Virus record (IMG/VR): IMGVR_UViG_3300025121_000011
Location: 271,170 to 335,169 of that record
Strand: one strand, 5' to 3'
Length of the DNA stretch: 64,000 nucleotides
The notes under the pieces are model-generated. The model ran no database searches, was not told the origin of the DNA, and saw only the letters and a list, made by a program, of their open reading frames with translations. The position numbers and the translations under genes were made by a program. Shown piece by piece: positions 40,641 to 49,012 of this stretch. Numbering within the stretch: position 1 is the first letter of the stretch; every line of letters begins with the position of its first letter.

Positions 40641-41462
40641 ATGAAAAAAATTGCAATAATTGGAGATATTCATGGTCGTTTAGATATGTTGATGAAAATG
40701 CATCTGAAAATCAGAGATGCATATGGAGATTTACAATTATATTCAACAGGTGATTTAATTGATCGAGGACCTGATGCCAGTGGTGTGATACAATATTGTA
40801 TTGATAATAATGTAAAGGCTGTTAGAGGCAATCATGATGATTGGCTTAGACAATTATGTGTAAATTATACATTTGACTCTCTTTCTATGCACGAGGTAAT
40901 GGGAGGTAGATATACCGCCGTCTCTTATGGAGTTCAATCGGCAATTGTAGGGGAAAATAATAGGGAGATTGCCGAAGACCTTTTTAAAAAGGTTCCTACT
41001 TCACATAAGAATTGGTTATCTGCACTACCTATTTATTGTAAAATAGTAATGGATTCTGGAGAAGTTTATTGGATAACGCATGCGGGTTTAACAATCCCTA
41101 TGGCAAACGATTTAACAGATGGTTTGTCAAAAGTTTCTGACGATATGCTTATGGCTAGCATTAATACTCCTGATCTTATTGAAACCTTTATATGGACTCG
41201 GCCAAATTTTCCAAAAATATTTGATGAGTCTACACCAGTTAAAAAAAGTACGCATGGCAACAATCTATACCATTTTAAAAATGGAGCTATTCAGGTATTT
41301 GGTCATAGCGTAACTGGATATCCAGTTATAGATAAACATTATATCGCAATTGATACTGGATGTGGAACACTTAAACGGGAGAAGTTAACCGCAGTTGTTT
41401 TACCAGATAATGTATTTATTACAGTGGACGATTTTGAATTGAGTGGAGATCAGAGCAAATGA
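40641..41462 (+). CDS. PPP-family metallophosphatase (Pnkp-phosphatase/PrpA-like)
   Basis: GDIHG, GDLIDRG, GNHD, HAG, FGH, IDTG motifs. Confidence 0.85.
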   Translation: MKKIAIIGDIHGRLDMLMKMHLKIRDAYGDLQLYSTGDLIDRGPDASGVIQYCIDNNVKAVRGNHDDWLRQLCVNYTFDSLSMHEVMGGRYTAVSYGVQSAIVGENNREIAEDLFKKVPTSHKNWLSALPIYCKIVMDSGEVYWITHAGLTIPMANDLTDGLSKVSDDMLMASINTPDLIETFIWTRPNFPKIFDESTPVKKSTHGNNLYHFKNGAIQVFGHSVTGYPVIDKHYIAIDTGCGTLKREKLTAVVLPDNVFITVDDFELSGDQSK

Positions 41463-41926
41463 AAAAGTGGGTAATTTTAGTTTCACAAGTGGTGTTAGGA
41501 AAATCAAAAGCTCCAGAGAAATCTCCTAGCAAAGGGCCAAAGTGGTCTAGACACAAACCTTATCCATATTCTGATTCCTGGGAAGATCATAAAATTTTAT
41601 ATTCTAAAAGCTTTTCCGCTACAGAAGAAGATGCCAAAGCTGAAGCAGAAAGAGTTAATGCTGCGATGTTTAATACTTATATTATGGGTATGGGAAAGAC
41701 GGATAATTGTTGTGTTAAAGAATATAAAGTGATTTTGCATAATGCATCTGATGATGTATCTTTGGATATGGGCGGAACACTTAAAGCGAATGCTGGACAG
41801 CTATGGCCTAATGAGAGTGGTTCATTTGTTTCAAGTGGGCAACTCAAAAATTGGGGAGTCATTCCGTATGATCCATCAAATGCATTATACAAAATTTTAC
41901 TTGATAAGCAGAGAAAAATTACATGA
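41459..41926 (+). CDS. hypothetical protein
   Basis: ATGA coupling. Confidence 0.6.
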   Translation: MKKWVILVSQVVLGKSKAPEKSPSKGPKWSRHKPYPYSDSWEDHKILYSKSFSATEEDAKAEAERVNAAMFNTYIMGMGKTDNCCVKEYKVILHNASDDVSLDMGGTLKANAGQLWPNESGSFVSSGQLKNWGVIPYDPSNALYKILLDKQRKIT

Positions 41927-42627
41927 AGCCATCCAATAAGTCTAGATGCTATATTCCATCCTCTTATTCAAAAATAAGGGTACAAGGTGCTAGTATAGAA
42001 TTTGACTCTTGTATTAAAGATTTGGAGATGATTTTATCTTTGACAATGGATGGTAAAATTAAGTGGCATAGGTTCGCTTTTTATCGAAAGAAACAAGATG
42101 TCGAAAGAACATATGCCAGAATTGGAGCCGTTAAAGATAAAGTTGAAATGACAAGTATCAGTCTAAATCATGTTGGCTCAAATAGAGACGGCAGATTCTT
42201 CTCTAATAAGAATCTTGATAAAATATCTGAATTTCAAACATGCAGTGGTAAGTTGAAGAAACAAAGTCGTGTGCTTACAAAGCAACTTAATAAAGAACGA
42301 AAGTCTTTAGCTAAGACTGCTATAACACACTGGAAATCAGTTAAGAAGTTTTGCATTAGGACAAGTAATTTTGTAATAGTATTAGAAGATCATAAAAATG
42401 AAAATGTATTTGCACATTTTTATATCAGAACTATGGGTTCTTTTTTTAGCGATGATGATACATATGATAATATGGATTTTAAATATCCATATTTATCATT
42501 AACAGATGATGACTGTCCAAGTTTAATTACATTAATAATGATACTCAAAGGTGGTCAAGCGCTGGTTGATAATGAATTTGAGAATTCAATGTATGACAAT
42601 ATGTATATATTAAACAGCTGTTTTTGA
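41923..42627 (+). CDS. hypothetical protein
   Basis: ATGA coupling; 234 aa. Confidence 0.6.
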   Translation: MKPSNKSRCYIPSSYSKIRVQGASIEFDSCIKDLEMILSLTMDGKIKWHRFAFYRKKQDVERTYARIGAVKDKVEMTSISLNHVGSNRDGRFFSNKNLDKISEFQTCSGKLKKQSRVLTKQLNKERKSLAKTAITHWKSVKKFCIRTSNFVIVLEDHKNENVFAHFYIRTMGSFFSDDDTYDNMDFKYPYLSLTDDDCPSLITLIMILKGGQALVDNEFENSMYDNMYILNSCF

Positions 42628-42771
42628 TTCTAAAATAGAATTTACAGTTTGATGGCGGCAAAAACTTGATAACCAATTTATCCATACGATAAAGTTTTAA
42701 CTTATTTAAATATATTTCAAAGTAAGAATGCGTTATGGAGATGAACATTTGCTTTAACCAAAGAGATAATC

Positions 42772-43146
42772 ATGACGCCGAGACTTTTTACGAAAGCAAA
42801 AACCCTTGCCTTGTCTAATGGGCATGACTATCATTTGGTTGCAATCTTGCAGAGAAGGAAACAGATTATAAGAGTCGGTACGAATTCGTACAAGACTCAT
42901 CCAAAATACCCGAGGTATTATAGAACTGGTCCAAAACTGGTTTATCATCTTCATGCAGAAATGGCTGTTCTAAGATTTGCCCAGCCTGGAGATAAAATAT
43001 TGGTGTTGAGATTTAAAGCAGACGGATCACTTTCCATGGGGAGGCCCTGTATTGAATGTCAAAAACATATTAAGGCAGCGGGGATTAGAGAGGTGGAATA
43101 TTCTGATTGGGATGGAAATATTGTAAGGCTCGAAGATGTAGAGTAA
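42772..43146 (+). CDS. cytidine/deoxycytidylate deaminase-like protein
   Basis: HAE...PCIEC zinc-binding motif. Confidence 0.8.
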   Translation: MTPRLFTKAKTLALSNGHDYHLVAILQRRKQIIRVGTNSYKTHPKYPRYYRTGPKLVYHLHAEMAVLRFAQPGDKILVLRFKADGSLSMGRPCIECQKHIKAAGIREVEYSDWDGNIVRLEDVE

Positions 43147-43186
43147 AATTTATTGTAAAAAAAAATCTAAAGTAGTAAGATGGTGT

Positions 43187-43272
43187 AGGGTGGTATGCAA
43201 ATGGTTAAGTAGTTAGTTTGATAAGCTGGTGCCTTCATAGTATATGAGTTTAAATCTTATTTGTCCCTACCA
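43187..43272 (+). pseudogene. degenerate tRNA (GAT loop, Ile-like)
   Basis: weak cloverleaf; ttGATaa loop; ends ACCA; promoter-motif variant just upstream. Confidence 0.4.
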
Positions 43273-43291
43273 TTAAATGATATTTGATAAA

Positions 43292-43666
43292 TCATTTTAA
43301 ATGTAAATTGAAATGGGTTTGTCTGTGACAATTAGCGCACAGTAAGATACATTTATCAAGTTCAGTTTTGATCTTATCAAGTTTGGTGCCTTTATAATTA
43401 GATATGGAGAAGTCTTTTTGAATTGGATTTCTATGGTGAAATTCTAAGGCGGCATCGCAAGTATTGTATCCGCATTCTTGACAATTACCACCAAGATATT
43501 CAATAGCTTCATGTTTTAATTTTCCAAAACAATCGATTCTAATGTTGTTCCAACAACTCCTACAATAGGAATAGGAGCGACCGTCACTTTTTATATAGAA
43601 ATCCTTAATGAGAAGTACCTGTTCACATTTTGTACAATATCTGGTGTTACCTGGTTCTTTTAACAC
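43292..43666 (-). CDS. HNH homing-type endonuclease
   Basis: CTKC and CRSC Zn motifs; LEFHH...ELDKCILLCANCH. Confidence 0.85.
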   Translation of the reverse strand: MLKEPGNTRYCTKCEQVLLIKDFYIKSDGRSYSYCRSCWNNIRIDCFGKLKHEAIEYLGGNCQECGYNTCDAALEFHHRNPIQKDFSISNYKGTKLDKIKTELDKCILLCANCHRQTHFNLHLK

Positions 43667-43823
43667 TTTGGTATTGTGGCCACCAAATGGTGAACATTCT
43701 AAACAATATTTCCGCGATTGGAGGTTTTTAGTCTTTCCATCGATGTTAATTGAAAATGGAAAGAGTTTGTTGCATTTTTTTGCAAAGTTTTGGCATGTGG
43801 CTGTCTCCTGAAGATACGATATG

Positions 43824-43858
43824 GACCCTTAGCTCAGTTGGTTAGAGCGTTCGCCTTA
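43824..43858 (+). pseudogene. 5' half of a tRNA, truncated at the anticodon loop by an HNH gene
   Basis: GGACCCTTAGCTCAGTTGGTTAGAGCGTTCGCC followed by the HNH 3' end. Confidence 0.6.
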
Positions 43859-43862
43859 ACTA

Positions 43863-44288
43863 TTAAGAATCTTCTGAAACTATTTTCCTAGAATTGAATG
43901 TTCTTATTCTGTGGCAGTTAGCGCAAACTAATTCGCATTTTGAAATTTCGTTTGACAGTCTTGCTAAAGATACTCCTTTGTTTCGAGCAATACTAATATT
44001 AAATTCCTTATTTTTAAGGTGGTCAAAATCCATCACATAAGTTGGGTATGTGATACCACAATCAGTACATGGAGCGTCTTTTGCCTTTGCAATTACATCT
44101 AGTATAGATTGTTCTCTAATACTTTTCCTCTTTCGATAAGCATCTTTGTTAGATTGATAATGAGCTTTACTCATAATCTTATTGCACTCTCGACATCGAT
44201 TATGACGCTTGTTTAAAGATTTGTTTTCAAATGGGAAATCAGTAAGTAATAGGGTTTCGTGACATACATTACATTCTTTGGTAAGCAT
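43863..44288 (-). CDS. HNH homing-type endonuclease
   Basis: PCTDC...MDFDH...EISKCELVCANCHRIRT. Confidence 0.85.
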   Translation of the reverse strand: MLTKECNVCHETLLLTDFPFENKSLNKRHNRCRECNKIMSKAHYQSNKDAYRKRKSIREQSILDVIAKAKDAPCTDCGITYPTYVMDFDHLKNKEFNISIARNKGVSLARLSNEISKCELVCANCHRIRTFNSRKIVSEDS

Positions 44289-44341
44289 AAATCCTCCGTA
44301 TAATTTATGCTTATAAATTAGTAGATTCTTTAGTAAATTTT

Positions 44342-44418
44342 AGGGCCATAACTCAATTGGTTAGAGTGTCGCTCTCATAAAGCGAATGTTCTGAGTTCGA
44401 GTCTCAGTGGCCCTACCA
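44342..44418 (+). tRNA. tRNA(CAT): Ile2 (TilS substrate) or Met
   Basis: cloverleaf; TCGCT-ctCATaa-AGCGA; ends ACCA. Confidence 0.88.
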
Positions 44419-44597
44419 TTTTAATCTTAAATAATAAAGCCTTGTTGAGTCGCTAAAATCTGGGTTGGCTTCCCAGCTTCCCAGCTCCTCGCTCTGGAGT
44501 AGGTACGAGTCAAAGAGAATGCCTGCCCGGGTTTCCCCCGGCTGGGAGCCGGATTAAGTTCTCATAGTAGTGTGATGGTCCTATTCACTACATTCCT

Positions 44598-44662
44598 GGA
44601 ACAAATAGTTTAATTGGGAGAACATTGACGAAAGGTGTGGGTTCGAGTCCTGCTTTGATTTT
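44598..44662 (+). ncRNA. tRNA-like RNA lacking an anticodon arm (degenerate copy)
   Basis: D-loop-like segment and T arm GTGGG-TTCGAGT-CCTGC; paralogue of 44939. Confidence 0.4.
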
Positions 44663-44693
44663 TTATATTAATCTTAAAATCGCGAGGAGTAAT

Positions 44694-44906
44694 ATGACTG
44701 TATTTCTTGTTGTAAAAGATTACAATCGTGAGTGTCCAAAGGACATAATTATGTCAGCCTTTTATAATAAAGAGGATGCCAAGACTTTTATGAAAAATAC
44801 TTTTGAAGAGATATGTAATTGTCCTGATCGGCAGACTGATGAAGATGAATTGGGATGTTTCAGATGTTGCTTGTGGATTGGTATTGATTCGATAGAGGTA
44901 AAATAA
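44694..44906 (+). CDS. small hypothetical protein
   Basis: GAGGAG RBS. Confidence 0.55.
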   Translation: MTVFLVVKDYNRECPKDIIMSAFYNKEDAKTFMKNTFEEICNCPDRQTDEDELGCFRCCLWIGIDSIEVK

Positions 44907-44938
44907 CATAGTGATCATCCTATTCATTACATATTAAT

Positions 44939-45009
44939 GGGCCAAATAGTTCAAGTGGGAGAATATCGTCGCGAGAAGATGTAGGTTCAAATCCTACTTT
45001 GAGCCCCCA
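44939..45009 (+). ncRNA. tRNA-like RNA with a truncated anticodon arm
   Basis: GGGCCAAA/TTTGAGCCC acceptor; T arm GTAGG-TTCAAAT-CCTAC; CCA end. Confidence 0.55.
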
Positions 45010-45026
45010 ATTTCATATTCATAGTT

Positions 45027-45079
45027 TGGGTACATTCAGCATAAATTTTTTTTACCATATAAAAACAAATCGTACCCAG
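45027..45079 (+). ncRNA. stem-CAGCA motif RNA, copy a
   Basis: TGGGTAC att CAGCA...GTACCCA G. Confidence 0.55.
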
Positions 45080-45118
45080 TGATTTAATCCTGGCTTTTGC
45101 CATTTAATGAGGTGTTTA

Positions 45119-45334
45119 ATGTGGAAGAATATTTTGGTTATGCTAATGCTTATGGGTTGCCCTACTGTTGAATCAGTTTCTGATGATGCAGCAGTAGTGG
45201 ATGATGCAGTAGTAGTTGAGACTCCGGTAGTTCAGTCTGATGCAGCAGTTGATGCGACTGTTACTACTCCGGTAGTTGATGAAAATGATGTTACTGCTGA
45301 TGTTGTAGAAAATGTTCCAGTTGCAACTGAGTAA
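45119..45334 (+). CDS. small acidic Val/Asp-rich lipoprotein
   Basis: signal peptide with LMGC lipobox. Confidence 0.6.
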   Translation: MWKNILVMLMLMGCPTVESVSDDAAVVDDAVVVETPVVQSDAAVDATVTTPVVDENDVTADVVENVPVATE

Positions 45335-45499
45335 ATAGGGAATAGGCATCACGGTCGCCTTTAAGTACGCCGTCATAGGTAAGTTTAGTTTTGGGTTGAT
45401 AACTATATTTAAGCAAACCTTAAACAGTTCATAATTTTAAGAAGAGATTTCTTATTATTCACAAATGAATGAGCCAATGATTGTGTCAGTTGGCATCGG

Positions 45500-45583
45500 T
45501 GCGGAGTATACAAGTGGTCAAAGTAGAGGCGCTCATAACGCTTTGCTATAGCTTCATGGGTTCGAATCCCATTTCCGCTCCCA
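45500..45583 (+). tRNA. tRNA(CAT) with a long variable arm and 1:72 mismatch (Met/fMet/Ile2 unresolved)
   Basis: AGGCG-ctCATaa-CGCTT; T arm ATGGG-TTCGAAT-CCCAT; CCA end. Confidence 0.75.
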
Positions 45584-45845
45584 ATGCTTGCACGAATATA
45601 GGTTCCGGTCGAAACACCTACAAAGTTTCGTAAAATCCTGTGAGTTTAGCCATCTGTAACCAACCAGGTCGGGTCAGGATTAAGCAACCGCAAGCGGGTC
45701 ATGCTAATATATTCTCATAACCTTTAGAAGTAGGATCGGAAAGAAATCCGGTAGGCAAGGTCGACTTACCCTGGTAAACTTCTTAAAGTGCTGCACTGGA
45801 ATAAAAAGCATACAGTTGGGTGATTGTCCTAGTCCCAACATCTTT

Positions 45846-46081
45846 AAGCCTTAACAGTTGGAGTTCTGTTTTTCATGAGTAAGCAGTGTCGGAGATTTAA
45901 TTTATTAAATCAATGACTAGGCTGAAAGTCGCTTTGCTGAATTTGATGATGCTTGTGTCAAAAGTATCTGATCTGAAAGCTTCAGACTTGATTGAATGCG
46001 AAAGTCATGGTTCTTAATTGACACTCCCCATGACAGTTAGTAAATCCAAGAGACGGTTAGGTTCGAATCCTAGGAGGCTTA
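45846..46081 (+). ncRNA. large tRNA-like RNA (acceptor stem and T arm enclosing ~200 nt)
   Basis: AAGCCTT/GAGGCTT acceptor; TTAGG-TTCGAAT-CCTAG T arm. Confidence 0.45.
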
Positions 46082-46086
46082 TTATT

Positions 46087-46434
46087 ATGAAAAAGCAAAA
46101 GGGTTGGATTATTATTGGTTTAAAACGAAACGGAGATTATGTTGGTTACATTGAAAATTCTTTTTCAATGGGACGCAGTTTAGAACGGGTTTTAGTTTTT
46201 CGTCCAAATCCTCTTTCTGAAAAAGAACATCCAAATAAGAGTGCTGTAGATAATGCTCGTTCACATTTAGCAAAACTTCAGGCTCTTGATGACCACACTG
46301 AGTGGTGGTTGTATCGAGTTGGTTCTTGTACTTGTCCCGTCAAAATTGATTGGGGTTCTTTATACGAAGAATATCGAGGAAGTACAAGAGTAAGTAATTT
46401 TAACTGGAGAAATCTTAAATTCAGTCGGAAATAG
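46087..46434 (+). CDS. hypothetical protein
   Basis: AGGAGG RBS overlapping the 3' end of the tRNA-like element. Confidence 0.6.
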   Translation: MKKQKGWIIIGLKRNGDYVGYIENSFSMGRSLERVLVFRPNPLSEKEHPNKSAVDNARSHLAKLQALDDHTEWWLYRVGSCTCPVKIDWGSLYEEYRGSTRVSNFNWRNLKFSRK

Positions 46435-46709
46435 AAGTATATTATTTGTTACCTGAGGGGATTTAAATGTCTGTGCCGAATGTAATTCAAAAGGCTTTTG
46501 ATCTTGATGAGAGGATTATTGCCGTGGCTTGGGATAAGATTGAGCCAGTGCTGATTTTATCTAAACCATGGCTCGAAAGTGCCGAAGAGGAGATGGTTCA
46601 AGAAGAGTTTTTAAGGCAAAGTGAAACATATCTATTATTTGATGAACTATGGCGATTTTTTGAAGATTGTGAATCAACTAGATATGATAGAGAATAGTTT
46701 TTGTTTTGA

Positions 46710-46866
46710 TGCCATGTAGCAAAGTAGGTAAATGCAAGTGTGGACTAAGCCAATATGGATGGTCTTGTAATCGAGAGAACAAGTTCCGGGATCATGGTGA
46801 AACCCATTGTTATTATTTAGCCCGACGAATAATGACGCGCTGGTTCGAGTCCAGCCATGGCAACTA
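46710..46866 (+). ncRNA. tRNA-like RNA with ~100 nt in place of the anticodon and variable arms
   Basis: TGCCATG/CATGGCA acceptor; D arm; GCTGG-TTCGAGT-CCAGC T arm; ends ACTA. Confidence 0.6.
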
Positions 46867-46871
46867 TTTTT

Positions 46872-46988
46872 TGCGGAATAGTGTAGTAGGGAGCACGCGT
46901 ATAATGTATCTTGATAAAGATGTATACAGCAATCAAACAAATCCATTGGGTGGACGAAGTATAGGTTCGAGTCCTATTTCTGCAACTA
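46872..46988 (+). ncRNA. tRNA-like RNA carrying a permuted stem-CAGCAA motif in the anticodon arm
   Basis: TGCGGAA/TTCTGCA acceptor; GTGT/GCAC D stem; ATAGG-TTCGAGT-CCTAT T arm; insert GTATCTTG-ataa-AGATGTATACAGCAA. Confidence 0.65.
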
Positions 46989-47027
46989 TTTGAGAAGACA
47001 TAACACTTAACAAAAGGAGATAATTAA

Positions 47028-47279
47028 ATGAAGAATTTTATGATTATTTTGGCAGCACTGTTTGCTTTTGGATGTGCAGAATCTAAGGTGATTAATGGTG
47101 TGGAGTATGAGCCATGTGGATTGCTGGATGACTCAGACTGTAAGGATCCTTCTATTCGTTATGAAGCTAACATTGGAAATGTCATCTGGGGAGTTATTTT
47201 GGTTGAGACTGTGGTTGTTCCGATTTGGCTTTTTGGGTTTGAGCTTTATGAGCCAACTTATGCAAAGCCGATCAAGTAA
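47028..47279 (+). CDS. small lipoprotein/membrane protein
   Basis: AAAAGGAG RBS; FAFGC lipobox; transmembrane segment. Confidence 0.7.
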   Translation: MKNFMIILAALFAFGCAESKVINGVEYEPCGLLDDSDCKDPSIRYEANIGNVIWGVILVETVVVPIWLFGFELYEPTYAKPIK

Positions 47280-47355
47280 GTAAAAATAATATAAAAATCT
47301 TTTGATTATTTTTAAAACGTAGCGTATGCTAAATGTAGCAATCAATTAAATTTAT

Positions 47356-47434
47356 GCCTCTGTAGCTCAGGATTGAGAGTGCCTGGCGTTTCGCTGGGAG
47401 GGTCGTTAGGTTAAAGTCTTAACCGGAGGCACCA
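47356..47434 (+). ncRNA. atypical tRNA-like RNA (cgTTTcg loop)
   Basis: GCCTCTG/CGGAGGC acceptor; ends ACCA; non-canonical anticodon and T loops. Confidence 0.55.
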
Positions 47435-47534
47435 TACAGGTTTGAGGGGAACGCGAAGAGATAGTCCTTAACGTAAGTATTCTATCGTGAGATAGAGTAG
47501 CCTACTACAATCATTTTATATAGATGTCATTTAT

Positions 47535-47627
47535 ATTTGAATAGCTTAGTGTCAAAGCGTTTGCGGCCTACTTCTTCGGATTCAAAAGCCGTAAAAGTCA
47601 TAGGTTAGATTCCTATTTCAAATACTA
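47535..47627 (+). ncRNA. tRNA-like RNA with an enlarged anticodon arm
   Basis: ATTTGAA/TTCAAAT acceptor; TTTGCGGC...GCCGTAAA stem with a 20-nt loop; ends ACTA. Confidence 0.55.
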
Positions 47628-47716
47628 TTTAAACTATAGGTTCACGGAACACACTCTTTCACGGTGGTTACTCACTTTAAATTGAAATATTTTTAGGTCT
47701 ATAGTTTAAATTTTTA

Positions 47717-47838
47717 AGGGATGCAATCAGCAATTAAATTTTTCTTTATGTAAAAACAAATCGCACCCTGATTTTTTTAGGATACAAACAGCAAATAAAC
47801 ATTCAACTTGTTTTTGAAAAACGTTTAATTGTATCCTG
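47717..47838 (+). ncRNA. two tandem stem-CAGCAA motif RNAs, copies b and c
   Basis: AGGGATGC aat CAGCAA...GCACCCTG; AGGATACAA a CAGCAA...TTGTATCCTG. Confidence 0.6.
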
Positions 47839-47870
47839 TTTATTATTAGTAGTAGCATTAAGGTGATAAT

Positions 47871-48161
47871 ATGATTCAAGCTATGACTGTATTGACAGCA
47901 GAACCGCATCCTAATGCGGATAGATTAAAAGTCTATACTCTACGTGCAAGTTATGATGAGCCAATTCTTCAGGTGTGTGCTAATCTAACCAATGTTTATA
48001 GTGTTGGTAATGTTGTAGCTGTTTGTTTAATTGGTCATGCATATGATGGTATGGTTATCAAATCCCGGAAGGTGCGTGGGGTTCTGTCTCAAGGAATGAT
48101 GATTGGTACTACAAAGGCTGTTTCAGGTTCTGATGTTACTGATTCATTTGTGATTGTGTAA
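47871..48161 (+). CDS. tRNA-binding OB-fold protein (Trbp111/PheT N-terminal-like)
   Basis: PHPNADRL...QVC...N...G..VAV...KVRGVLSQGM. Confidence 0.8.
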   Translation: MIQAMTVLTAEPHPNADRLKVYTLRASYDEPILQVCANLTNVYSVGNVVAVCLIGHAYDGMVIKSRKVRGVLSQGMMIGTTKAVSGSDVTDSFVIV

Positions 48162-48213
48162 AATATATAATTTAAAGTAATCTTCTTATGAATATTGTTA
48201 ATTTGTTTTTGTT

Positions 48214-48267
48214 TGGGTGCAACCAGCAAACTAAATAATTCAGGCTACTATTCTAAATTGCACCCAG
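48214..48267 (+). ncRNA. stem-CAGCAA motif RNA, copy d
   Basis: TGGGTGCAA c CAGCAA...TTGCACCCA G. Confidence 0.6.
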
Positions 48268-48343
48268 CTTTTAATTTTTACTTATAAATATATAATCAGA
48301 AGTAACTATCCTATGAAATTAAAAACATACCAGGAGGTATGCC

Positions 48344-48952
48344 ATGTTAAGGATGGTTGGGCCCAAAATTCCTATGGATATTTATGTGGCGGCTTCTGGT
48401 GGACCAGACAGCATGGCTGTCTTGGATTTTCTTATTCGTGGTGGTCGTAAAATTACAGTTTTACATTTTGATCATGGGACTAAACATGGAGAAGATGCTA
48501 GAGAGTTTATTAGGGAGTATTGTCAGTCGAGAGATATTAAACTGATTATTGGAAATGAGATTAGAGAGCGAGACTCTAACGAGTCTATGGAAGAATATTG
48601 GCGTGATATGCGATATCAGTTTCTTGATCAGTATTCAGATAAGCCAATTGTCATGGCACATAATCTTGATGATCAGGTGATGAGTTGGGTATTTACTTCT
48701 TTGAATGGATTGCCAAAACTTATTCCTTATAACAGAAGGAACGTTATCCGTCCTTTCATTGTAACTTCTAAGCAGAATATGATTGATTGGTGTGAGCGAA
48801 ATGGGGTTCCGTATTTAACGGACCCAAGTAATGATGATACAAGATATATGAGAAATTTTATTAGAAAAGAAATTCTTCCTTCAGCTTTAGTTGTTAATCC
48901 AGGATTATATAAAGTAATCTTAAAGAAGATTTTAAGAAATTTTGAAGGATAA
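48344..48952 (+). CDS. tilS: tRNA(Ile)-lysidine synthetase (PP-loop domain only)
   Basis: SGGPDS, DHG, RY.F, AHNLDDQ, IRP, DPSN...RNFIR. Confidence 0.88.
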   Translation: MLRMVGPKIPMDIYVAASGGPDSMAVLDFLIRGGRKITVLHFDHGTKHGEDAREFIREYCQSRDIKLIIGNEIRERDSNESMEEYWRDMRYQFLDQYSDKPIVMAHNLDDQVMSWVFTSLNGLPKLIPYNRRNVIRPFIVTSKQNMIDWCERNGVPYLTDPSNDDTRYMRNFIRKEILPSALVVNPGLYKVILKKILRNFEG

Positions 48953-48964
48953 ATAATTATATTT

Positions 48965-49000
48965 TGGATATATGCAGCAATTAAATCACAAACTATCCAG
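48965..49000 (+). ncRNA. stem-CAGCAA motif, copy e, abutting the RBS of the DUF2828 gene
   Basis: TGGATA tatg CAGCAA...TATCCA G, then AGAGG and ATG 49013. Confidence 0.55.
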
Positions 49001-49012
49001 TAGAGGTGAAAT

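Noticed and set aside
45846-46081. tmRNA or group I intron-containing tRNA
   Set aside because: No alanine-identity acceptor end, tag ORF or recognisable P/Q/R/S core; kept only as tRNA-like.
46706-46993. 95-aa ORF, and other ORFs overlapping tRNAs or arrays (8012, 10066, 13219, 56789)
   Set aside because: They overlap structured RNA elements and lack a clear RBS.
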